Counted from the first letter of the stretch, positions 26,856 to 36,828 are shown. The stretch is DNA of 64,000 nt from an uncultured Pseudomonadales bacterium (GCA_964509365.1 CAZDWN010000002.1:3701-67700); one strand, 5' to 3'. Notes: generated by a model not told the origin, from the sequence alone. A program made the numbers and translations.

Positions 26856-28538
26856 ATGCCATACACAGATGATGTCGTTTCCTTCGCAAGCGACTTGACG
26901 CTCAATCAAGACACCACGCTGACGATCCATGAGACGATCGCCTACGAGACGACCATGACGAAGCATGGCATCTATCGGTATATTCCCTATCGCTACGAGA
27001 TCGGTGGCAAGAATATCACCACGAAGATCTCTCATGTGACGATCACGGATACTGAACATCACTCGATCCCCTACTCGACTTCCTACCAAAGCAATTCGAT
27101 GATTCTCAAAATTGGCGACAAAGATATCACGTTTTCGGGAGCAAAGACGTACCAGATTGAGTACACTGTCTCGCACGCGCTCCTCCTCGATGGTGAGTCG
27201 CCACGGCTTGTGTGGGACATCGTCGGCGAAGGTTGGCAAATTCCGGTGCATACGACCCATGCGACTTTCCATAGTCCATATGCTGCGCTGACGTCTGTCG
27301 CCTGCAAATCTGGCGCGATTGGTGGCGATGATGGCAAATGTACCGTCATCAAAAAAGATGCGAATACGGTGACGTTGGATTACAACCAAATGATCGAATC
27401 TGGAAGCAATGTGACGTTGGAGACGATGCTCGCATCTGCACATACGCTGGCGCTCCCTACGGCAACGCAGCAAAAGATCACACTCATCCAAGACAACTTG
27501 TGGGTGTCACTTTTTCTCGTCCCACCGATCGTGGCGCTCTACTTGTGGAACCGATTTGGAAGAGACTACGAGTATGTGCGCTACAATTTGTTTGACGACT
27601 CGGATCGGCCATTCCAAAAAAAGCCGCTCTTCGCTCGCGATCCAATTCCGATGGTCTATGAGCCGTTGAAGATCTCACCAGGGATGGCTGGAGCGATGCT
27701 GCATGAATCATATAGTGGAGTAGATTTGACAGCGGATTTGATCGACCTTGCGCGTCAAAAATACCTGAGCATCACGCAGACCAAAGAAAAGACCTGGATC
27801 CAAAATGCAGAGTATGAGTTCAAACGATTAGCAAAATCTGATACCACTCTTCCCAAACATCAATCATTGTTACTTCGTGAACTTTTTGCCACCAGTGACA
27901 CAGTGGCTCTCTCGAGTCTGAAGAAATCGTTTTATACCAGTTTTGCAAAAGTGAAGACAGTACTGTTTGATGAGTTGACACAGCAGCAGTACTTTACGCG
28001 CAAACCTGACGCTGCAAGAGCATGGGGTGCAGTGGCAGTGCTCGCTGTGACTGCAGTGTTGTTCCTCTTCTTAAAAATAGTTGATCTGTTGCCAATTACC
28101 AATGATTCGACGATGCTCATATTGATTCCGTCAGGCATCCTTGCCGGAATCATTTGCTTTCTCTGCTTCATGAACATGGTGCAAAAGACCGCCAAAGGGA
28201 GAAATAGCATGCTTCGTGCCAAAGGATTGCAAGAGACGATCAAACGTGGAGCGTGGCGAGAAAAAATCATGGAAAAGCATTTGTTCTTTGAAGAGATGCT
28301 TCCCTTCGCGATCGCGCTCGGAGTTGTCGATCAACTCGCAAAAAATATGAAAGGCTTAGATGTAGCGCCTCCTTCCTATATGCATGGAGTAAATAGCCAA
28401 GTCCTCTATTCCGGTGGCTTCTACAATGGATTTGCATCGGATGTCGGATCGAATATGACCGTCAGTCCGAGCTCCTCATCTGGTGGAGGTGGTGGCTCTG
28501 GTGGTGGTGGCGGCGGAGGAGGAGGTGGAAGTTGGTAA
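26856..28538 (+). CDS. DUF2207-family membrane protein with C-terminal poly-Gly tail
   Basis: N-terminal 'HGIYRYIPYRY' region, 2-3 TM in the C-terminal third, tail 'SSSSGGGGGSGGGGGGGGGGSW' typical of DUF2207. No N-terminal signal peptide seen. Confidence 0.65.
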   Translation: MPYTDDVVSFASDLTLNQDTTLTIHETIAYETTMTKHGIYRYIPYRYEIGGKNITTKISHVTITDTEHHSIPYSTSYQSNSMILKIGDKDITFSGAKTYQIEYTVSHALLLDGESPRLVWDIVGEGWQIPVHTTHATFHSPYAALTSVACKSGAIGGDDGKCTVIKKDANTVTLDYNQMIESGSNVTLETMLASAHTLALPTATQQKITLIQDNLWVSLFLVPPIVALYLWNRFGRDYEYVRYNLFDDSDRPFQKKPLFARDPIPMVYEPLKISPGMAGAMLHESYSGVDLTADLIDLARQKYLSITQTKEKTWIQNAEYEFKRLAKSDTTLPKHQSLLLRELFATSDTVALSSLKKSFYTSFAKVKTVLFDELTQQQYFTRKPDAARAWGAVAVLAVTAVLFLFLKIVDLLPITNDSTMLILIPSGILAGIICFLCFMNMVQKTAKGRNSMLRAKGLQETIKRGAWREKIMEKHLFFEEMLPFAIALGVVDQLAKNMKGLDVAPPSYMHGVNSQVLYSGGFYNGFASDVGSNMTVSPSSSSGGGGGSGGGGGGGGGGSW

Positions 28539-28834
28539 AAGCACTCATTGGGATCACGTTGATTTTGGCAGTTATACTTTTTGTACTCCATCGAAGTGGA
28601 GCGGAGTTTCAATGGTGTGATGAGCAAGCAAATGTGACTCGATGCTATCTTGGTATTCGTACCTCAATTCCAGTGACGAACGGATCGTTTGGGCTCGATG
28701 CAGTCGCATCACAGTACGGTTGTGGCAAATTGACCACGTGTTGGTGTGACAATGCAAATCTTGGCTGTTTCAAAGGAGTGAAACTTCTACTTACGAATGA
28801 ACGATTTTTATTTGCTCCGGGCGTCAATCCGTAG
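28532..28834 (+). CDS. Small secreted Cys-rich protein (TTG start)
   Basis: 100 aa. Hydrophobic N-terminal signal-like helix, six Cys in 'QWCDEQANVTRCY...GCGKLTTCWCDNANLGC'. Only a TTG start is available. Confidence 0.4.
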   Translation: MVKALIGITLILAVILFVLHRSGAEFQWCDEQANVTRCYLGIRTSIPVTNGSFGLDAVASQYGCGKLTTCWCDNANLGCFKGVKLLLTNERFLFAPGVNP

Positions 28835-28836
28835 TG

Positions 28837-29313
28837 TTACGGTGTGGGTGTTGGCGTGGGACTCGGTGTCGGACTTGGAGTCGGCGTCGCCGTCGGTGTG
28901 ACCGTTGGCGTCGGAGTAGGAGTCGCAGTTGGTGTTGGGCTTGGAGTCGGTGATGACGTCGGACTTGGAGTCGGAGAAGCAGTCGGTGTCGGTGTGGCGG
29001 TCGCGACTGGCTTCGGAGTTGGTGATGCAGTTGGTTTTGGTGTCACTGTTGCCGTCGGCTCTGGAGTCGGGATATCAGTGATCGGCAGATTTGAAGTTGG
29101 TTCTGGTGTGGTTAGGGGTTCAGGCGATGCAGACGGTGCTGGTCCAGCTCCCGCAGCGAGCAGCTTATTGATTCCAAACAAGAGCATTCCAGTAAAGAGG
29201 ACAGTCCCGACCGCAATTGCCGCGATCATTTTGGTTGACAATTTTTTGAGTGGTTGATCTTCATTTGATTGGCTCGGAAGTGGCGCAAAGGTATTCGTTT
29301 CCATAGTGGGCAT
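28837..29313 (-). CDS. Membrane-anchored Pro-Thr-rich low-complexity protein
   Basis: 158 aa. Short cytoplasmic N-terminus, one TM, then ~75 aa of PT(S/A) repeats to the C-terminus. Confidence 0.55.
   Translation of the reverse strand: MPTMETNTFAPLPSQSNEDQPLKKLSTKMIAAIAVGTVLFTGMLLFGINKLLAAGAGPAPSASPEPLTTPEPTSNLPITDIPTPEPTATVTPKPTASPTPKPVATATPTPTASPTPSPTSSPTPSPTPTATPTPTPTVTPTATPTPSPTPSPTPTPTP
28840..29070 (-). repeat. Pro-Thr codon low-complexity repeat
   Basis: Periodic CCN/ACN codons. Antisense gives a spurious G/V-rich ORF (28844..29257). Confidence 0.7.
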
Positions 29314-29350
29314 TAGGATACCAGATTTGCTACAATGACGCTAGCTCACT

Positions 29351-29686
29351 ATGAACAAATCAAAACATTTTTATCTTCTCGTTGTATTGAGCATCATTTC
29401 ATTTACTTTAGCGATTGTGATCGGCTACCGCGTCTTCAATCGTGTCGAAGACAAACCACGACCGCATCCGCGACAAACTGATGTCAGCACGATGCAAACA
29501 TGGATGACACTTCCCTACGTCTCCAAAGTCTATGGAGTGCCGCTTCCGGAATTTGATCGAGCATTTGGCCTTGATGCATCGACTCACAACAAAAGCATTG
29601 CGACGATCGCGAAACGTCTCAATAAAGATCCACAAGTCTTTCTCACGGAAATCCAGACTGTAATCACTACGTTCAAGAGACCATGA
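29351..29686 (+). CDS. Small membrane-anchored hypothetical protein
   Basis: 111 aa with one N-terminal TM. 4-nt overlap with DedA gene. Confidence 0.5.
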   Translation: MNKSKHFYLLVVLSIISFTLAIVIGYRVFNRVEDKPRPHPRQTDVSTMQTWMTLPYVSKVYGVPLPEFDRAFGLDASTHNKSIATIAKRLNKDPQVFLTEIQTVITTFKRP

Positions 29687-30300
29687 CCCAGCTCCTCAGT
29701 CTGTTCCTCACATTGCTTGTCACGTACGGCTATCCCACCGTCGCCTTTGTGATTTTAGTGAGTGGATTTGGTGCGCCGCTGCCCGCTTCGACAATTATCT
29801 TAGCTGCGGGATCATTTACAGTTGATGGACCCTTAAATTTTTGGGTACTCGTCGCAGTGGTGACCGTGATGGCGATCATTGGAGATCTCATCGGATATTT
29901 TATCGCTCATCGATTTGGGAACAATGTCGCGCGATTGACGCGGCGCTATGGGATTTCCGAAGCGCAACTGACATCTATTGATCGATTTTTACTGCGATGG
30001 GGTGTGTGGTGTATTTTCTTCACTCGCTGGTTGATCACTCCGCTCGGATTCCCGGTGAATCTCGGAGCGGGCTTACGCAAATATCCTCTCAAAAAATTTA
30101 TTCTCTTCATCTCACTTGGTGAATTTTTGTGGGCGCTCATTTACTCGTATCTTGGACACTTGTTTGGAGCGAGTTGGTCGACGCTCGTCGATTATTTGAA
30201 CGGTGCACCAGAAGTCCTCGCATTTCTGGCGATTGGAATTCTGACATCAGTCGTCGCTTGGCGCATGTGGAAACGACGCTCGTACAGTTCACGTGCGTAG
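29683..30300 (+). CDS. DedA/SNARE-associated family membrane protein
   Basis: 'VTYGYPTVAFVILVSGFGAPLPASTIILAAG' DedA signature and hydropathy. Confidence 0.8.
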   Translation: MTQLLSLFLTLLVTYGYPTVAFVILVSGFGAPLPASTIILAAGSFTVDGPLNFWVLVAVVTVMAIIGDLIGYFIAHRFGNNVARLTRRYGISEAQLTSIDRFLLRWGVWCIFFTRWLITPLGFPVNLGAGLRKYPLKKFILFISLGEFLWALIYSYLGHLFGASWSTLVDYLNGAPEVLAFLAIGILTSVVAWRMWKRRSYSSRA

Positions 30301-30333
30301 TACCCTGGTTTGAAGATAGAGTAAAATAGTGAA

Positions 30334-31077
30334 ATGGAAGCTCCCAGAGATATTCTCCAAAATGCGGAACAGGCAAGAGAGCGTGGCAACACCGACACTG
30401 CTTTCGAGCTCTATGAATTGGCGTTGTCACTCGCCCTCTCACAGCATGACATCGCTGTGGCGTCTGAGATCTGTGCCGCAAAATCGATCTTAAGTCGCAG
30501 ACTTGCCACCGAGGCGACCACGACCGAAGAGCGCCATCGCATGATTGAGCGAGCGACTGCTGAAGTGAAATCATCGCTTCTTCATGCCCGTCACGCCGAA
30601 TTCATGAGAGATCTGACTGCTCTGCCACTTGCGTTGTTGGCGCAAGCGAAGTTGCGAGCTCTGAAAGGCGATATTGAAGGAGCGATCCAGTCACTCTCTG
30701 ATGCACCAACCTATTCGCTCGATAGTTTGCCAGAAGCTCATCGGTTTGAATCAAGATTGCTGTATCTGCAATTGGAGCGTGCGATCCTGAGACTAAAAAA
30801 TAATGAAGACGCAGAAGCAGATGTGCTTCGATTGGTAGATCTCCTTATCAAGGACACGGGCCCAGACTCACACTACAATATTCCAGTCTGGGTATCCGGC
30901 GCGTATCTCGCGCTCGCGGAATACTGGATCGACACATCGCATGCGACCATAGATATTCAAAAAGCAAAGCAGTATCTGGAACTTTGCGAAGACATATTAA
31001 AATTTGATAACAGGATGCTCTTGCGACAAAAAGATTTTGATCGCGTCCAAGCGAAAGTACTTGCCACTGCACCATGA
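30334..31077 (+). CDS. Hypothetical helical protein (TPR-like)
   Basis: 247 aa, Ala/Leu-rich helical. ATGA overlap with the ABC-F gene. Confidence 0.5.
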   Translation: MEAPRDILQNAEQARERGNTDTAFELYELALSLALSQHDIAVASEICAAKSILSRRLATEATTTEERHRMIERATAEVKSSLLHARHAEFMRDLTALPLALLAQAKLRALKGDIEGAIQSLSDAPTYSLDSLPEAHRFESRLLYLQLERAILRLKNNEDAEADVLRLVDLLIKDTGPDSHYNIPVWVSGAYLALAEYWIDTSHATIDIQKAKQYLELCEDILKFDNRMLLRQKDFDRVQAKVLATAP

Positions 31078-32555
31078 TCCGAGCCAAACACATTTCATTT
31101 TCTTACGGGTATGATCCAGTCTTTGTCGACTGTAGTTTTTCAGTAGTTCGCGGCGACAAAGTCGGAGTCGTTGGTCCAAATGGCGCTGGGAAATCGACGT
31201 TGTTTAAGATGCTTTCAAAGAAAGAGTTTCCGAGTGATGGCAGGATCGAGCTTGATGGCGCGCTATCGCTCGTCCCGCAAGAAGTGAAATATGATCCAGC
31301 GCTACGAGTAGCCAAGTCGATCTATGAGTACGTGGATCCGACCCATACGCACACTGAGAGTGAGATACATACCATCTTTGCAGGGCTCGAACTCCCATGG
31401 CAAACGCTCGGGCAAGATCTGTTGGCCCTAAGTGGTGGGCAAAAAACCAAACTTGCATTGACCCGTGCATTTTTGCAGCAGCCAGATATTTTATTGTTGG
31501 ATGAGCCAACAAACTTTTTGGATGATGCAGGCAAAAAATGGGTGATGGAATTTTTAGGAAAATATCCAAAGACTTTGGTGATCGTCTCGCATGATCTTGC
31601 GCTACTGGATCGCCATATAAAAAAAGTCCTGTATTTGAATAGTCAGACACACGGCATTGATACCTATCCAGGGAACTACAGCAAGTTTGTGAAGTTAAAA
31701 CAAATCAAGGAAGATGTGCTGACCAAACAGATCCACGCGGAGTCTCAGCACATCAAACAAATGGAGTTGGGATTGGCGAGGCTTCGCAAGAATACGTCCA
31801 AAAAAGGCGTCAGACAACGAGTGATCTTGGAGCGGCGTATCGACCGCATGAAAGACAAGCTGCCAGCGATGCCTGCCATCTTAAAAAGCTTTACTGCGAA
31901 ATTTATTGAACCAGTTTCTGTCGGCGCAGTTCCGTTGCGAGCCGAGCATTTGACCAAGTCATTTGGGGCCAATACGATCATCGATGATTTGACGATTGAG
32001 ATCTTTCGGGGTGAGACCCTAGCACTCATTGGTCCAAATGGTGTTGGGAAGACGACGCTGATTAAGATGCTCACGGGGACACTCGCTCCTGATGTGGGAA
32101 AAGTGATCGCCAGTGAGTCACTGCATCTTGGATATTACTCCCAAGAAAGTGTGATGCTTGATGATCGTCAGACGGTGTACGAAGCGGTCGAAGCGACAGG
32201 ACGGGTACCGCGAGAAAAAGTGTACGGGTTTCTCATGCGATTTTTATTTTCCAAAGAGCGACTCGGTCAACACATCGGCACACTGTCTGGAGGTGAAAAG
32301 ACGCGATTGTCGATCGCGCTGCTGATGACGCATCCTTACAATGTATTGGTCTTGGATGAGCCAACGACGTATTTGGATGTCATGAGCCAGCGCGTGATCT
32401 TGGAGGCGCTCAAAGCGTATGAAGGGGCGATGGTGCTCGTCAGTCATACCGAGGAATTTGTGACAGAACTCGCTCCCGAGCGCGTGCTCCTCCTCCCTTC
32501 TCAAAAAATCCGTGTCTGGTCGGATGAGTTCAAAGATGAAGTGAGCAAAATCTAA
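31074..32555 (+). CDS. ABC-F family ATPase (tandem ABC domains, no TMD)
   Basis: Two Walker A motifs (GPNGAGKST, GPNGVGKTT), two signatures (LSGGQKTKLAL, LSGGEKTRLSI), charged inter-domain linker. Confidence 0.85.
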   Translation: MIRAKHISFSYGYDPVFVDCSFSVVRGDKVGVVGPNGAGKSTLFKMLSKKEFPSDGRIELDGALSLVPQEVKYDPALRVAKSIYEYVDPTHTHTESEIHTIFAGLELPWQTLGQDLLALSGGQKTKLALTRAFLQQPDILLLDEPTNFLDDAGKKWVMEFLGKYPKTLVIVSHDLALLDRHIKKVLYLNSQTHGIDTYPGNYSKFVKLKQIKEDVLTKQIHAESQHIKQMELGLARLRKNTSKKGVRQRVILERRIDRMKDKLPAMPAILKSFTAKFIEPVSVGAVPLRAEHLTKSFGANTIIDDLTIEIFRGETLALIGPNGVGKTTLIKMLTGTLAPDVGKVIASESLHLGYYSQESVMLDDRQTVYEAVEATGRVPREKVYGFLMRFLFSKERLGQHIGTLSGGEKTRLSIALLMTHPYNVLVLDEPTTYLDVMSQRVILEALKAYEGAMVLVSHTEEFVTELAPERVLLLPSQKIRVWSDEFKDEVSKI

Positions 32556-32557
32556 AT

Positions 32558-33325
32558 ATGGCACAACTCAAAGACAAAATCGTACTATATCTACTTCAAC
32601 ACAAAGGTAAAACATTTTCTGCATCCGAAATTGCAAACGGTTTATTTGGCGATGAACGCAATTCAGTTATCATCCAAAATTATTTGAGGGAGCTTATCGA
32701 GAGCACTGCCGCTGAACTTTTCTATTCTGTGGCACGAGAAGTAGATCTAACCGATGGCACTGAAAAGTACTCGATACCTGGTGATTTTCAGGATTGGTTA
32801 GCTTCTCTAACAGTGAAGTTACTTGAACGTGTGAATGTGTCTGAGAAGTATGAGTCTAGCCAGATGGACTTAAGCAGAAAAGACCATGTATTGTTAAACG
32901 AACTTATTAAACATTCTGGAAAAATCGTAACTTACTCATATTTAAGCAATTTGTTGTATGGTCGAGAGGATGAAATTGGAAAAACAAGGGAAATATTCAG
33001 TTATTTAAAAGACTCTGGCCAATTGGATTCAGCGGACGTGTACGTTGTAAATGATTTGGGAATTGGATTGGGCATTCGAAAGTTCGGTGTGTCTTTTGCT
33101 CAGTTCGAGATTTTAAAACTATTGTGGCTGAACCCAAATGGCTTAACAGCTTTTGAACTCTATGAGCATTTGTACGATTCAAAGAAGTCGTTAGATAGAA
33201 CAGAGCAACTGAAGCTACAATCAGTGATCAGTCGAACTAGAGTAGCGCTGAGTTCAAGTTCTTGTGACATAGAGCTGGTTCGTGGCGAGAGTAGCCGTCG
33301 CTATGTGCTGACAGTTAGAGATTAA
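32558..33325 (+). CDS. Winged-helix protein with OmpR/PhoB-type Trans_reg_C-like domain(s), no receiver domain
   Basis: C-terminal 'FAQFEILKLLWLNPNGLTAFELYEHLY...LQSVISRTRVAL...IELVRGESSRRYVL' matches Trans_reg_C. A weaker second copy in the middle. A+T-rich relative to the flanking ABC-F gene. Confidence 0.55.
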   Translation: MAQLKDKIVLYLLQHKGKTFSASEIANGLFGDERNSVIIQNYLRELIESTAAELFYSVAREVDLTDGTEKYSIPGDFQDWLASLTVKLLERVNVSEKYESSQMDLSRKDHVLLNELIKHSGKIVTYSYLSNLLYGREDEIGKTREIFSYLKDSGQLDSADVYVVNDLGIGLGIRKFGVSFAQFEILKLLWLNPNGLTAFELYEHLYDSKKSLDRTEQLKLQSVISRTRVALSSSSCDIELVRGESSRRYVLTVRD

Positions 33326-33361
33326 GCCAGACTTGCCTAGGTTTGACTGCACTTTGATACA

Positions 33362-34414
33362 ATGGATCTCATGAAGACCGCTCTTGTCAGTGTTGGAAGT
33401 GCCATTCTTTTTTTTGCAATTGGATTTTTTGTAGCGACTCGTCTGCAAGTGCCTGCAACTTCTCTGCCGATGATGCTGCAGCCTACTCCGATTCCGACTC
33501 CGCTCGCGGTCTACTCTTTTGACCATCTTTCGCAAACGAAATTCACTGCTTCTCCGATCGTATTGGGAGACGTGATCAGTGAGACGAAGACATCCATCAT
33601 GCAATCGTTTTCATACTCATTTGCACCAAGACCAGGTGATCAGTCACAGAAAAAAGTGACTGGTGTCATCAACGTCCCAAAGGCCCCAGGCACGTATCCG
33701 TTGATCGTCATGATGCGCGGATATATCCCACTTGCGAGTTATAAACCTGGAGCAGGCACGCAGCCATCTGCATCGGTATTTGTGAATCATGGATACATCA
33801 CCATCGCACCAGATTTCTTGGGCTATGGAGGATCAGATGCTCGTAGTGATGATCCGTACGAAGCACGGTTTCAAACCTACACGACAGCCCTGTCTCTCAT
33901 CTCTAGTCTCTCGTCTCTCAACTCTAGTTTCGATGCGAGTTACTCAGGGACGATTCGTATTGATCCTTCGAAGATTAGTATTTGGGGCCATAGTAATGGT
34001 GGTCACATCGCACTGGCGACGCTGGCCAGTAGTGGGGTCACCTATCCGACGGTCCTGTGGGCACCAGTCTCAAAGTCATTTCCCTATTCAGTGCTCGCAT
34101 ATACCGATGAAGATGATGATGGAGGACGAGCGGAGCGAAAAGATCTCGCGAGATTTGAGTCGCTCTATGACACCACGCAATTTGACCCTGCGGCAAATTA
34201 TCAAAACATCAAGGCACCACTCTCGATTTACCAAGGCACTGCTGATATTGAAGTCCCCTTTTGGTGGTCAGATGATCTCGTGAAATCACTGAAGAAAAAC
34301 GACATTACGGTCGAGTATCACGTCTTTCCCGGCAGCGACCACAACTTGCGTCCTGCATGGAACGATGTCGTGAACACCAGTATCGAGTTCTACGACAAAC
34401 AATTTTCAAAATAA
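33362..34414 (+). CDS. Membrane-anchored alpha/beta hydrolase (S9 peptidase/esterase-like)
   Basis: N-terminal TM. Nucleophile elbow 'IWGHSNGGHIA'. Acidic and His residues downstream. Confidence 0.7.
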   Translation: MDLMKTALVSVGSAILFFAIGFFVATRLQVPATSLPMMLQPTPIPTPLAVYSFDHLSQTKFTASPIVLGDVISETKTSIMQSFSYSFAPRPGDQSQKKVTGVINVPKAPGTYPLIVMMRGYIPLASYKPGAGTQPSASVFVNHGYITIAPDFLGYGGSDARSDDPYEARFQTYTTALSLISSLSSLNSSFDASYSGTIRIDPSKISIWGHSNGGHIALATLASSGVTYPTVLWAPVSKSFPYSVLAYTDEDDDGGRAERKDLARFESLYDTTQFDPAANYQNIKAPLSIYQGTADIEVPFWWSDDLVKSLKKNDITVEYHVFPGSDHNLRPAWNDVVNTSIEFYDKQFSK

Positions 34415-34424
34415 TCTCATTCTA

Positions 34425-34958
34425 TTAAAATGGATAGCCTTTGGAGCCGTGGACGCCTTTGATGGCACTGATCTCGCCTGCGAGACTGTAGGTATGCCCG
34501 ATGACAAATCCAGCGAGCAAACTCCCAAGCTTCTTTTTGCCCCAATCGCCCATATCGATCTCGGTATCCATATCAGTTTCACTGAGTGTCGCGACATATG
34601 CATCAGTGGCGGCATAGACGGCTTTGGCATATGCCTGCAGCGCAGCGAGATCAATAGTGACAGATTTTGACCATGATTCATTGTTTGCTGACCAGTTCGC
34701 ATCCATGGCAGGCATGGGACTACTGGCGCCAGTTTTATTTGCCCATTCGCCAGTGAAAAGAGGAGCTTTCTTTTGGATCATGCCGTTCACGATCGCATCT
34801 TCAGAGAAGACGAGATGCGCATAGAGACTTCCCGGTGGAAATGCTTTTCCACCCGGATCTTTATTGAGATCCGCTGGCTTGATATCGACGACAACTGATT
34901 CCAGCATGTCATGGGCATTTTTGATCTCTTCTTTGATGAGTGATAGTGTGGTGTACAT
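34425..34958 (-). CDS. DinB/YfiT-like (DinB_2) four-helix-bundle protein
   Basis: Family resemblance (His-containing helices, 'LYAHLVFSED', 'GHTYSLAGEI'). Moderate certainty. Confidence 0.55.
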   Translation of the reverse strand: MYTTLSLIKEEIKNAHDMLESVVVDIKPADLNKDPGGKAFPPGSLYAHLVFSEDAIVNGMIQKKAPLFTGEWANKTGASSPMPAMDANWSANNESWSKSVTIDLAALQAYAKAVYAATDAYVATLSETDMDTEIDMGDWGKKKLGSLLAGFVIGHTYSLAGEISAIKGVHGSKGYPF

Positions 34959-34998
34959 AGCTCCTCCTAACGTATGTTATCTAGTATACTTGGGTGAG

Positions 34999-35730
34999 AT
35001 GAAAAAAACACTCGCGATTGTGATACTGAGCACACTTTTATTTGCAGGTTGCAAGGAAAAGAATACTGAGCCACTGTTTGTGCAGCCAGATCAAATGCAA
35101 TCCCCTGTCATCTCACCGGAACCGACGTCCGGATCGGCGACGCCATCCGCGAGTCCGACTGGCAAACCGGGGACGAAGTCGTCACCGACACCAAAAGTCC
35201 AAGCAAGTGCGATTCCATTGACGATCATTCAGCTCCCTTCGACGAATAAAAGTGACAATGAGCGTGACCTGCAATCTATCGATACCATCATCGTCCATAC
35301 GCTCTACAATCCAAATGCACATGGGGATTTGTCGATCACAACTGCAAAGGAAGTCTTGGATGACGCGGCCGTGTCTTCACATTACGTGATCGCTCGTGAT
35401 GGCAAAGTCTATCAATTGGTAGCAGAAAAGTACCAAGCGTGGCATGCAGGCGAAAGCAAAATGCCGGGAGCCGATGGACGCACTGGCGTCAATGTCTTTA
35501 GTCTAGGGATTGAACTCATTGCCACGGAGACAAGCGGGATCACTACGGCGCAATACAACTCGCTTACCTCGCTCGTGCTTGATGTCTCCAGCAGACTACC
35601 GATCAAGAATATTTTAGGTCATGCTGACATCGCTCCAGGCAGAAAAACCGACCCGTGGAAGTTTGACTGGAAGAAGTGGCAGGCTTCCCTGCAGGCCAAA
35701 AGCTCCAAGACATTTACCTTCTTTCACTAG
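34999..35730 (+). CDS. N-acetylmuramoyl-L-alanine amidase (Amidase_2/PGRP fold) lipoprotein
   Basis: Lipobox 'LLFAGC'. Amidase_2 motifs 'IIVHTLYNP', 'SSHYVIARDGKVYQLV', 'AWHAG', 'ILGHADIAPGRKTDP'. Confidence 0.8.
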   Translation: MKKTLAIVILSTLLFAGCKEKNTEPLFVQPDQMQSPVISPEPTSGSATPSASPTGKPGTKSSPTPKVQASAIPLTIIQLPSTNKSDNERDLQSIDTIIVHTLYNPNAHGDLSITTAKEVLDDAAVSSHYVIARDGKVYQLVAEKYQAWHAGESKMPGADGRTGVNVFSLGIELIATETSGITTAQYNSLTSLVLDVSSRLPIKNILGHADIAPGRKTDPWKFDWKKWQASLQAKSSKTFTFFH

Positions 35731-35733
35731 AAA

Positions 35734-36357
35734 CTACTTCTTTTGAATTCCGTAGACAGTGGCGGCGAGGAAAGCACCGACCAATGGTCCGACGATGTAA
35801 AGGACGAGTGCGCCGAGTTTCATCGGGGCGCCAGTCAAATAGCCGACGATGTAGGCACCAAGGCCAATCGCAGGATTGAGCACTGCTCCCGAGATCGGTC
35901 CAGCGACAGTCGCTGCGATGAGGAGCGCCGCGCCAATAGCGAGACCGTAGTAACTATTTCCTTTGGTCTCTTTTGAGATTGCGGTGTGCAAGACGACGTA
36001 CGAGAGTACAAACGTAAACAGTATTTCAGCGATCAGTGGAGCGAAGAAGATCGAAGTGGTTGGAGCTGGAGCGAACGATGTCCCGGTCATGCCTTTGGCG
36101 ATCAGCAGTGCAGACATACTCCCTACCAGTTGGGAGATGAAATAGGCTCGAATTTTGCCTTTGCCAAAATTGCGAGTGAGTGCGACTGCGGTACTCACTG
36201 CGGGATTGTAATGCCCTCCCGAGATATATCCGCCAGCATAGACCATAATCATGAGTATCGCTCCGATCGCGAGTGGTGCGAGTGCATTGCCTGCAGACAA
36301 TGCGACCACGAGCGTCAAGAAAAAGGTGCCAATGAGTTCGGTGGTATACATTTTCAT
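35734..36357 (-). CDS. MIP-family aquaporin/glycerol facilitator
   Basis: Two NPA boxes ('SGGHYNPAVS', 'SGAVLNPAIGL'), six TM. Confidence 0.88.
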   Translation of the reverse strand: MKMYTTELIGTFFLTLVVALSAGNALAPLAIGAILMIMVYAGGYISGGHYNPAVSTAVALTRNFGKGKIRAYFISQLVGSMSALLIAKGMTGTSFAPAPTTSIFFAPLIAEILFTFVLSYVVLHTAISKETKGNSYYGLAIGAALLIAATVAGPISGAVLNPAIGLGAYIVGYLTGAPMKLGALVLYIVGPLVGAFLAATVYGIQKK

Positions 36358-36402
36358 AAATATTTCTCCAGTACTAGCCAGAGCCTACAATGCACAGAGA
36401 TT

Positions 36403-36828
36403 TTATGCAAGCACTTGCCCCATGCCACCAATCTTTTTTGCTTTGAGTAAGATCTCTTTGATGACTGCAAGATCGACATCTTCAAGGTGTCTAATACGGA
36501 TACAACTTTTGCCGATATTCGTTTTGGGAAGTTGATCTTTGAATTGTTCTGCAAGATATCCATGTTCATCGATGGAGCAGATATACGGTGAGATATAGTT
36601 TTTTTGACTAGCAAGGGCGATAAGTGCCCAATCACCTTCTCGTCCACTCGGGTATTTATAATGATACTTGCCGTATCCGATCATGCCGGTTTGGATAAAA
36701 GGCCGTTCATCGGGAAGCGTTCGGAGGATCAACTCATGAAGCGTTCGAAATTCAATGCGCCGTGGCTCTGGGATAAGCTCGATATATTCATTGACTGTTT
36801 TGGCTGCAGTCGGTTTAAACATGTTCAT
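36403..36828 (-). CDS. DUF1801-family protein
   Basis: 'VNEYIELIPEPRR...GMIGYGKYHYKYPSGREGDW...GKSCIRI' pattern recalled for DUF1801/YdhG-like proteins. Confidence 0.55.
   Translation of the reverse strand: MNMFKPTAAKTVNEYIELIPEPRRIEFRTLHELILRTLPDERPFIQTGMIGYGKYHYKYPSGREGDWALIALASQKNYISPYICSIDEHGYLAEQFKDQLPKTNIGKSCIRIRHLEDVDLAVIKEILLKAKKIGGMGQVLA

Noticed and set aside
28844-29257. 137-aa + strand ORF encoding a Gly/Val-rich polypeptide
   Set aside because: Antisense shadow of the PT-codon low-complexity tract in the minus-strand gene. Periodic GGN/GTN from the complement of CCN/ACN.
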